Shown piece after piece: positions 56,559-64,000 of a stretch of 64,000 nt of DNA. A model generated the notes under the pieces. The model saw only the letters and a program-made list of their open reading frames with translations, was not told where the DNA came from and ran no database searches. The translations under genes were made by a program, and so were the position numbers. Position 1 is the first letter of the stretch; the number at the start of each line of letters is the position of its first letter. Origin of the DNA: Gammaproteobacteria bacterium (GTDB taxonomy: Bacteria > Pseudomonadota > Gammaproteobacteria > GCA-001735895); assembly GCA_050298595.1 (NCBI GenBank), contig JBNKUM010000085.1, positions 192,001-256,000 of the forward strand, in the 5' to 3' direction.

Positions 56559-56749
56559 GGCACATTCCAGCCTATTGCACCGCACAATACGAATGTCTGC
56601 TTTCAGGAAAAGGAGCCACTCAGCTTCCCATATTTCGGAAAATGATCGCTAACAAACTGCGCCATCAAATATTTACCCTATTATCCCCCTCATAAAAATA
56701 TTTCTACTATACTCAGCAATCGACAATTCAAATCAGAGGCACGGAAGTT

Positions 56750-59700
56750 ATGAAAAAGAAAATCAAGGGAGTATCCAATACGCTGTATCCCATCATTGCA
56801 CTGCTTGTATACCTGTTTTCCTGGGCAGTTACGGATGTGTTCGCCGCCGATACGACCGATGACTATCTGACCACCAACGGTAGCATTATCTACGACGATG
56901 TCGGCAATTCGGTCAGGATAACCGGCATCGCCTGGTTCGGGTTCGAAACAGAAAACCAGGTTTATCATGGTCTGTGGAGTGTGAAGATGGAGACCGTTCT
57001 CGACCAGATAGCCAACCTGGGATTCAACGTAGTGCGGATTCCCCTGAGTGTCCAACTGGTCAATCAGTGGCGTAACGGCAACGGCGGAGAACCCAATAGC
57101 ATCAACTACACTGCCAACCCTGCCCTGGAGGGCATGACCAGCCTGCAAATCCTCGACGCTTCGATTGCCTACTGCAAACAGATCGGCCTGAAGGTCATGC
57201 TGGATATGCACCGTGTAGTCAATACGCAGATGTTGAACACCTGGTATGCGGACGGCTATCCGAGCAGTGACTTCGAAGCTAACTGGCAATGGCTGGCCAG
57301 CCATTACATCAACGACGATACGGTCATCGCCGCGGATCTGTTTAACGAACCGCATGGCAGCCCTGGCGATACCAACATAGCGAAATGGGACAGTTCCACA
57401 GATCAAAACAACTGGAAATACGAGGCCGAAAGGGTCGCCAATCTGATACTGGATGTAAACCCCAGGCTTTTGATCGTTGTCGAGGGAGTCGAAGCCACAC
57501 CCAAAGATGGATACACATATACTGAAACGAACAGCGCTAACTATGACTCCACTTGGTGGGGCGGAAATCTGAGGCGTGCCCGGGATTATCCTATCAATCT
57601 GGGAAGCCGCCAGCGCCAGCTTGTCTATTCTCCCCATGATTACGGTCCCAGTGTCTTTGCCCAGCCCTGGTTTCATTCCGGTTTTACCAAAGAGACCCTG
57701 ACCGCTGAGTGCTGGGAACCCAACTGGCTCTACATCGCCACGCAGAGCCAGGCGCCGATACTCGTGGGGGAGTGGGGTGGAAGGTTAGATGGTGGAGACA
57801 ACGAGAAATGGATGGGCGCACTGGCTGAAACCATTGTTGAACACGACTTGAACCATACGTTTTGGTGCGTCAATCCCAACTCTGGTGATACCGGTGGCAT
57901 ACTGCTGGATGATTGGCAAAGCGTGGATACTGCCAAGTACAACCTGATCAAACCCACGCTCTGGCAGCAGAGCAACGGTAAATACATCGGGCTCGATCAT
58001 CAAGTCAACCTGGGAGCCAATGGCACACACGTCGGTGCAGACACGATCCCAGGTGACGAAGTGTCGGTAACCGGCGTATCAGTCACGCCGACAACCACAA
58101 CAGTCGAGGTGGGCGCCAGCGTGATGCTGAGTGCCACCGTGGCGCCGAGTGATGCTACCAACAAGGACGTTACCTGGGCATCGAGCGACAGCAGTGTCGC
58201 GATAGTAAGTACCGGAGGCGTCGTAACCGGTATAGCAACAGGCAATGCCGGGATCACTGTGACCACAGAGGATGGAGGCTACAGTAAGACCAGCGCAGTG
58301 ACGGTGACGGTCACCGAAACAGGTGATGTGGCGACACTGCCCCTCGTCATCAATGGAGAAGGTGATTTCTACCGCGTCACTTCGGGCGACATCACGAACA
58401 TCAATTCATGGAACACGCAACTGGTGGAGATCAATAGCGTCAACTTTACCAACACCTGGTCTAACCAGATGCCGCCCAGAATCGATGGAAACTACTATAT
58501 CCACTATGTGGGCCTGGAACCCTGGTCTCATCTCGAAGTAAATGGGAGCAGTCAGGAGACACCGGTCACCGGCGTGGCGCTTACACTTGCCAGCGCATCG
58601 ATCATGGTGGGAGATAGCACGACGTTCGTCGCCACCGTCTCACCAGACAATGCGACGAATAAGCTCGTCGTTTGGAGTTCGAGCGATAACGATGTCGCAA
58701 CAGTCAGTTCTACCGGTATAGTGACTGGTGTATCGATCGGCAGTTCCGTTATTACAGCAACAACGCAGGACGGTGGATTTACATCCACCGGCAATATCAC
58801 CGTGAGCGATGAAACGGCCAACTTCACCCTGACTCTGGCGGCAATCGGTAACGGGACGACGAATCCCGTGTTGGGCTCACACATATATACCGCGGGCACC
58901 TCGCTCAGCGTGACGGCGATTCCCGCAACGGGTGCGACGTTTATGGGGTGGAGCGGCGCCGTCACCGGCACGACAAATCCCATAACTATCACGCTGGATG
59001 CGAACAAGACCCTGACCGCCAACTTCTCGGATGATTTGAGTGGTCTCCCTGATGAATGTAGCAGTAGTGCGTGCAATTCGGCGACGCCCGTCTATCCAAC
59101 GCTGTTCAACGATGGTGGGCTAGGAAACGTTACCATGTACAGCACTGCATCCAGCAACGGCGGTGCCTGCAATTACGGCGCAACCAATGTCATGTATTAC
59201 GCGGCGATCAACGTCAACGTCACGCCGGGTGACCTCGCGGGGCAATGGCAGAATGGAAAGATCTGTGGTCAGTGTGCAGAGGTTACCGTGCTGACCTCTC
59301 AGGGCCCTAAAACCGTAGTGGCCCGAATCATGGACAAATGTTTCGATACCAACTGCGGCATTGATCTGGGCGGCGCCGCGCCCGCAACCGTAATGCTGGA
59401 CGGCAGTGGTCGCTATGAGGGCAAATGGCGATTTGTCTCCTGCGACGGACATCCTGAAGTGTCCGATGGAGCAACGACCCTCTATGTGTTCCCTGGCAGC
59501 AACCTCTGGTGGTCCCGTGTTCATGTACGCAATGCTCCCATGGCCATTGAGACCATCGAATGGCAAGACGCTGCCGGCTCCGCAAAAGGCTTCATGCCTT
59601 ATGCCAGCGATCCGGAGAATGCTTTTGAGGTACCGACCTCTGAAGTGCTTCAGTCCGGGATGTCGTCAGTTCTAATCACGGTGCACTATGTTGACGGGAG

Positions 59701-59770
59701 CACGATGTCGGTGACTCTCACGCCAGCTGAGTTGGGAACGGGGTCAGCCACGTATCCCCTGATCGATTGA
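56750..59770 (+). CDS. Secreted multidomain endoglucanase: GH5 - Big_2 - CBM64-like - Big_2 - InlB-B-like repeat - expansin (DPBB + CBM63-like)
   Basis: Signal peptide; WFGFET, LDMH, FNEPHG (acid/base Glu), YSPHDY, VGEWGG (nucleophile Glu); INSWN...YYIHY..PWSH; GGACNY, CGQC, MDKC, IDL, NLWW. Confidence 0.88.
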   Translation: MKKKIKGVSNTLYPIIALLVYLFSWAVTDVFAADTTDDYLTTNGSIIYDDVGNSVRITGIAWFGFETENQVYHGLWSVKMETVLDQIANLGFNVVRIPLSVQLVNQWRNGNGGEPNSINYTANPALEGMTSLQILDASIAYCKQIGLKVMLDMHRVVNTQMLNTWYADGYPSSDFEANWQWLASHYINDDTVIAADLFNEPHGSPGDTNIAKWDSSTDQNNWKYEAERVANLILDVNPRLLIVVEGVEATPKDGYTYTETNSANYDSTWWGGNLRRARDYPINLGSRQRQLVYSPHDYGPSVFAQPWFHSGFTKETLTAECWEPNWLYIATQSQAPILVGEWGGRLDGGDNEKWMGALAETIVEHDLNHTFWCVNPNSGDTGGILLDDWQSVDTAKYNLIKPTLWQQSNGKYIGLDHQVNLGANGTHVGADTIPGDEVSVTGVSVTPTTTTVEVGASVMLSATVAPSDATNKDVTWASSDSSVAIVSTGGVVTGIATGNAGITVTTEDGGYSKTSAVTVTVTETGDVATLPLVINGEGDFYRVTSGDITNINSWNTQLVEINSVNFTNTWSNQMPPRIDGNYYIHYVGLEPWSHLEVNGSSQETPVTGVALTLASASIMVGDSTTFVATVSPDNATNKLVVWSSSDNDVATVSSTGIVTGVSIGSSVITATTQDGGFTSTGNITVSDETANFTLTLAAIGNGTTNPVLGSHIYTAGTSLSVTAIPATGATFMGWSGAVTGTTNPITITLDANKTLTANFSDDLSGLPDECSSSACNSATPVYPTLFNDGGLGNVTMYSTASSNGGACNYGATNVMYYAAINVNVTPGDLAGQWQNGKICGQCAEVTVLTSQGPKTVVARIMDKCFDTNCGIDLGGAAPATVMLDGSGRYEGKWRFVSCDGHPEVSDGATTLYVFPGSNLWWSRVHVRNAPMAIETIEWQDAAGSAKGFMPYASDPENAFEVPTSEVLQSGMSSVLITVHYVDGSTMSVTLTPAELGTGSATYPLID

Positions 59771-59800
59771 TCTTTTTAAGGCAGGCCCTGTTGTACCTGC

Positions 59801-59868
59801 CTGCAGACTTTGTTGTCAAAACTTGCTGTGGTGCGTGGCTACAGCAATGTTTTGATGCCTTGCTGCAG
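59801..59868. repeat. Long imperfect palindrome between the cellulase gene and the transposase
   Basis: CTGCAG..TCAAAAC-TTGCTGTGG-loop-CTACAGCAA-T-GTTTTGA..CTGCAG. Confidence 0.6.
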
Positions 59869-59949
59869 CGTATAGAAGCATAAACGCTCCTTTCACCAAA
59901 GGCGAAAAGTATCAATACCCCTACTCTTGCACATAGCAAGGAGCGCATT

Positions 59950-61021
59950 ATGCCTAAAGCCAGGAAGACTCAGGTTTCTCTCGCGGCCACCCCTTATTAC
60001 CACTGCACCTCTCGCTGCGTACCCAAAGCGCTTCGCGGGGCAGGCTCTTCGACGTGCCTTTCTCTGCGGCAAAGATAATCAGACTGGACATGATTACGAA
60101 TCATCGAAGGCAGTGGATTCAGGATCGTATGCTTGAATTAGCAACCATCTTTTCTATCGACATTGCTGCCTATGCCATCATGAATAATCACTACCATGTT
60201 GTAGTGCATATCAATCAGAAAAATACAGCTAAATGGTCTGACCGTGAAGTCTGTAACCGATGGCATAAACTCTTTTCGGGTAATGACCTGTCCCGTCGCT
60301 ATCTCAAGAATGAAGAACTTAATACTTCAAAGAAAAAAATCCTGGCTGAATGAGTTTAACTATGGCGTACTCGATTGATCGACCTTAGTTGGTTCATGCG
60401 TTGTCTTAATGACAAAATCATCGGGAATGATTTTGAACAACTCTGCTGGCCCTGAAAGGGTGAATATCATGGATGATACGAATATCCGATTGCCCGTGAT
60501 GCGAATAAGGAAGATAAAGTCACTGGTCGATTTTGGGAAGGGCGCTACACGTCTCAAGCACTTCTGGATGAAAGGGCACTAGCTGCTTGCATGGCCTATG
60601 TAGATCTAAACCCCATTCGTTCCCGTATGGCAGAAAAACCTGAAAAATCGGATCACACCTCTGTTAAGAAGCGTATCGAACACCAAGACCAGACTAGCCC
60701 GGATAACCCAGAAGCAATACGCACACAACCTAATGATTTATTACCATTCGCAGGCTATCCTCGTAACAAAATGCCAAAAGGTTTACCCTTTCGCTACACT
60801 GATTATCTTGAGCTGGTGGATTCATTCCTGAACATCTTCCTGACATACTCACCCGACTGAATATCGATCCCAGGCACTGGGTTTACCTGACAAAGGATTT
60901 CGAAAGTCCGTTTATACCACTCGTTTGTAGCGCGTATAAAATCAGACAAACCTGTGAGCAAATGGGCAAGAACTGGGTGCACGGTGTGAAGCGCTGCGCT
61001 GAAGTTTTTCCTGCCACATAA
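59950..61021 (+). pseudogene. Degenerate Y1 (HUH; IS200/RAYT-like) transposase
   Basis: MPKARKTQVSLAATPYYHCTSRCV / RRAFLCG / YAIMNNHYHVV / SWFMRCLN / GRFWEGRY / MAYVDLNPIR / DYLELVD / IPEHLPDILTRL spread over several frames, with stops and two inserts. Confidence 0.9.
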
Positions 61022-61216
61022 CCCCAACAACCCTCTAAAAATTCTTTCAAACACCAACCTTGTATCAAAGGTTGCAGGATCATTTTGTCCTTTTGAACCC
61101 AGCCGAAGTAAAAACCTCCATTAAGGTAAAACAAAAATCTATTTTTAACTTAATGCCCCCTTCATTTAACTGAAACTATAGCTGAATAGTTGAAGTTTAA
61201 TTTCCTTTCCAATCGC

Positions 61217-61256
61217 TGGGTGTCTATAAAGATGAGTCTATAAAGATTATAAAGAT
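61217..61256 (+). repeat. Putative transposon end TGGGTGTCT followed by three TATAAAGAT copies
   Basis: TATAAAGAT at 61225, 61239 and 61248. Confidence 0.55.
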
Positions 61257-61262
61257 TTCCTG

Positions 61263-61367
61263 AACGCCGCAATCACTTGCCGGAGGTGTTTGGCGCTTTG
61301 TTTGCGGGGTTTTCGCAAAAAAAGTGACAAATATCGGAGGTCATCTGCATTGCCTTGTTATGTGATT
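61263..61367 (-). repeat. attC site (long type)
   Basis: Minus strand: AATCACATAAC-AAGGC-AATGCAGA...TTTTTTTGCGAAAACCCCGCAAACAAA...GTGATT-GCGGC-GTT, directly after the stop codon. Confidence 0.85.
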
Positions 61368-61745
61368 TTATAAATTATTACCTGCGTAATAAACTATTGC
61401 ATCACCTAAATAATCAACAATTTCTGGGTGGTAAGAGTTATGGAATTTTTTCATGTCTTCATTTTCTTTATAAAATATCCCCATACCTATATATGCTTCT
61501 TTAGATGGGATATAAAAACGACAAGCGATTTCAAAGTGCTCTTTCATTAATGCTTGAACATTTGCGTTATCAACCGCTGTTTCATCGACGTATTCTGCTA
61601 ATTTTTTATATAAAACATCCCAGTCCTGATGGACAAGTTCTCTATTAACATGCGCACAATTATCAGTGGTTGATAAACTCTGAGCCTGTTCTACCTCAAG
61701 GGCATTTTTACATTCAGTTAAATACTCTTTACTCAATTTATTCAT
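61368..61745 (-). CDS. Stand-alone TipAS antibiotic-recognition-domain-like protein in a gene cassette
   Basis: WDVLYKKL...VQALMKEH...EAYIGMGIFY..NEDM..F...YLGDAIVYYA; bounded by GTTATGTGATT (61802-61792) and its exact complement. Confidence 0.75.
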   Translation of the reverse strand: MNKLSKEYLTECKNALEVEQAQSLSTTDNCAHVNRELVHQDWDVLYKKLAEYVDETAVDNANVQALMKEHFEIACRFYIPSKEAYIGMGIFYKENEDMKKFHNSYHPEIVDYLGDAIVYYAGNNL

Positions 61746-61852
61746 TTATAGATATTACATTAATTTAGATTTATAAGTGCCAAACTTGGCGAATCACATA
61801 ACAGATATATTAACGAGGCCCCATGTCTCGTTATACATTTTTAGCTGTGATT

Positions 61853-62206
61853 TCAGCACAGGAACTCCTTAACTTTTTTGGTTTGTAGCAGTTTCTCTTT
61901 TAAGCGAGCCCTTGCTTGATTCAAGGACTCGTGATTTGCACCACCCTCGTATGAAGGTTCACGAACCTGTACCTCATCATCTTCCCAGCTGCATACTGAA
62001 CAGATCTCCCAAGAACCACTATTCCAATCGGAGAGTTTTAAGTAACCACAACAGGGGCAAGCTCTAGGTATTACCAAGAATTCTGTAGGTTTATTCGTTT
62101 CTTTTCGCTCTTCGATACATGACCAGAATAACTTGGCATCTCTCGGGTACTCGCTTATAAAAACATCCCACCCAAATATGATAATTCTCATCGGAGGGTT
62201 CGACAC
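61853..62206 (-). CDS. CPCC-family cysteine-rich protein
   Basis: CPCCGY..WEICSVCSWEDD..GGANHESLNQAR; N-terminus and start uncertain. Confidence 0.75.
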   Translation of the reverse strand: MSNPPMRIIIFGWDVFISEYPRDAKLFWSCIEERKETNKPTEFLVIPRACPCCGYLKLSDWNSGSWEICSVCSWEDDEVQVREPSYEGGANHESLNQARARLKEKLLQTKKVKEFLC

Positions 62207-62423
62207 CTCGACGCATGGCGTCGATCAGTTGAACCTGGATTCAGAACTTTGTCGCTAATTTATCACGACATAAAAAAAGCCCAGGAACCTTGTTACACCG
62301 TCTGGCTTGAGGTAACTTCCTGTAATTTACCTGGTATCTCACTATAATCAAACGACAGGAATTCAAACTTAGAGCATCTCTAGTCCTTAGATAAACTCAC
62401 TGCTGAATGATCAGGGAAACCCA

Positions 62424-63365
62424 ATGAAAATTGTAAATTTTAAAGACCTATCGATGAATAACTTTTCAGAGGTAGAAGTAGATTTTTCTGTATTACAATG
62501 GGTTGATATCAACCGACCGGTGGATAAATACATTCAGCATACTGAAAAATCCTTCCACAGCCGTCATAAAATCGACCTGGGTAATAGCTCTCATCCTCCA
62601 TCATTTGAACAAACGCAAGATTATGAAATCCTGATTTTTCGAAACATTGATAGGCGTTTTGAGGTCATTCATCCCAAAACACGATCAATAGCTTTTCTCA
62701 TTATCGGCAACACGATTACTTCAGTACATGACGAGGGGGATAACGTTTTTTCAGGTCTATACGAAAAATGGGTGGATAAATTTATCAAGAAACCCTCTGA
62801 TGTCGTTTCTTTACTACATATCCTGCTAGATGAAATAGGTAACTCCTTTTTAGCTATCAGAGAGCCGTTGGTTAACCAGGTGTCAGAATGGCAAACAAGG
62901 TTATTAGACCCTAACGACCCATTTAATGACTGGCAAGTTATCATGAAAGCCAAATCCAGTTTGAGATCACTGAATACGAACCTGGAATTACAAAGAGAAG
63001 CTCTATTACGCTGGCGGGAAAATACTCGCTTTGAACTATCTCCTTCCAATAACATCCGATTCAATGACCTGGATAACCATCTGGCACGTATAGAAAGATT
63101 AGCCTCGGGCATCAGCTCTGACCTCGATTCCCTGACCCAGATTTACTTTGCTTCAACAGGGCAAAGAACCAATAGCACCATGCAAATACTGGCTGTGCTA
63201 TCAGCTATTTTTTTACCCTTAAATCTCATTGCAGGAATATTTGGCATGAACTTTGAATTCATCCCGCTGCTGAAAAACCCCTGGGGTGTGGTCATAGCAA
63301 TAGGCTTGATGCTGGTTATTTCTATCACTCTGCTGTGGTGGTTCAAGAAGAAAAACTGGTTTTAA
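62424..63365 (+). CDS. corA: CorA family Mg2+/Co2+ transporter
   Basis: IFLPLNLIAGIFGMNF (GMN motif); two C-terminal TM segments ending KKNWF. Confidence 0.9.
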   Translation: MKIVNFKDLSMNNFSEVEVDFSVLQWVDINRPVDKYIQHTEKSFHSRHKIDLGNSSHPPSFEQTQDYEILIFRNIDRRFEVIHPKTRSIAFLIIGNTITSVHDEGDNVFSGLYEKWVDKFIKKPSDVVSLLHILLDEIGNSFLAIREPLVNQVSEWQTRLLDPNDPFNDWQVIMKAKSSLRSLNTNLELQREALLRWRENTRFELSPSNNIRFNDLDNHLARIERLASGISSDLDSLTQIYFASTGQRTNSTMQILAVLSAIFLPLNLIAGIFGMNFEFIPLLKNPWGVVIAIGLMLVISITLLWWFKKKNWF

Positions 63366-63368
63366 CTC

Positions 63369-64000
63369 TCATGAGAGATTCGTCGCTTCATGCGAAATAT
63401 AAGGTGTTAAAATCTTTCTGGATATCTGTATCCATACTGGACTGGCAAGTAGGCTTAAAGCAATTAATGCAATCGTTGTCTGATAACCAAAGGTATTAAT
63501 TAAACCAACCTGTAAACCCACCGTAGCCAGTATAAAACTGAACTCTCCAACCTGAGAAAGCAAGGCACCGGAGTACAGGCTTACTGCCCATTTATTACCC
63601 AGAATTTTTAATATAATGGCATTGATAAACGTATTCGTCACTAACACCCCCAGCAACAGACTTGCCAATAGAGCCCAGTTTTCGCCGATAAATGTTATAT
63701 CAATAATCATACCCATGGATACAAATAGCACAGCCACAAAAATAACCTTTAAAGGTTCCAGAGCATGCGTTACCCAGTCTGTCTCCTTAGCCGACGCAAC
63801 AACCAACCCTGCGACAAACGCACCTAATGCAGCAGACAAGCCCAGCACACCAGTGATAAAGGCAAAGCCAAAGCAGATCAACAGTGCAGAAAACAGCTGC
63901 AACTCATGATCCTTCTTAATTATTTTTGCAAAAGGAAGCTTGAGGTGTTTACGCGACGCTACCCAGATAGCGAAGACCGTAATGACCATACCACCGACCA
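63369..64000 (-). CDS. Cation:proton antiporter (CPA2/Kef family), 5' part outside window
   Basis: GLSAALGAFVAG, FVSMGM, LSQVGEFSFIL. Confidence 0.88.
   Translation of the reverse strand, partial: VGGMVITVFAIWVASRKHLKLPFAKIIKKDHELQLFSALLICFGFAFITGVLGLSAALGAFVAGLVVASAKETDWVTHALEPLKVIFVAVLFVSMGMIIDITFIGENWALLASLLLGVLVTNTFINAIILKILGNKWAVSLYSGALLSQVGEFSFILATVGLQVGLINTFGYQTTIALIALSLLASPVWIQISRKILTPYISHEATNLS

Noticed and set aside
56690-57676. 328-aa minus-strand ORF (and other antisense ORFs at 58000-59585)
   Set aside because: Antisense shadow of the GC-rich GH5 gene; no recognisable motifs.
60351-60359. In-frame TGA in the transposase considered as selenocysteine or readthrough
   Set aside because: A TAA follows two codons later and the gene has several frameshifts; simple decay explains it.
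55666-61265. Identical GTTCAGG after both intact attC sites read as a shared secondary integration target
   Set aside because: At 55672-55666 the CAGG is the MITE terminal repeat, so the match with 61265-61259 cannot be taken as a target consensus.
61803-61840. Hairpin TAACGAG...CTCGTTA considered as an attC for the CPCC gene
   Set aside because: Too short and lacks L''/L' boxes; treated as part of an attI-like region, though a deleted attC cannot be excluded.
62192-62215. GAGGGTTCGACACCTC resembling a tRNA T-arm or an integration-site remnant
   Set aside because: No acceptor stem, anticodon arm or CCA nearby; overlaps the start of the CPCC ORF.
62669-63112. 147-aa minus-strand ORF
   Set aside because: Antisense to corA.

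Overview
Chromosomal window from a gammaproteobacterium. About 54 kb is a recognisable conserved backbone: metF-rsmE, the type IV pilus Pil-Chp chemosensory cluster (pilG-pilH-pilI-pilJ-chpA-chpC), gshA-gshB-apbE-tonB-yqgE-yqgF-pyrR-pyrB-pyrC', pilT with two pilU paralogues, yggS-proC-yggT-yggU, oxyR, cysB, msrA, xthA, several signalling genes and a probable copper TonB-dependent receptor. Between that receptor and corA (about 54.4-62.3 kb) lies a plasticity zone. It holds two small integron-type gene-cassette clusters with attC sites but no integrase in the window, each headed by an attI-like TAAT-N6-GTT site; one cassette encodes a stand-alone TipAS-like domain. It also holds two ~170-bp MITEs with CAGG-type terminal inverted repeats, one inserted at the attC GTT crossover triplet; a GC-richer 1006-aa GH5 cellulase/Ig/CBM64-like/expansin fusion; and a decayed Y1 transposase interrupted by small palindromic inserts. 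Other notable items are a gshA with an open frame but many radical substitutions, an orphan MerB-like gene, a Ser/Thr kinase-HDOD-GAF protein and a ~400-bp structured intergenic element. No rRNA, tRNA or CRISPR array was seen. All family calls come from motif recognition by eye, without database searches.
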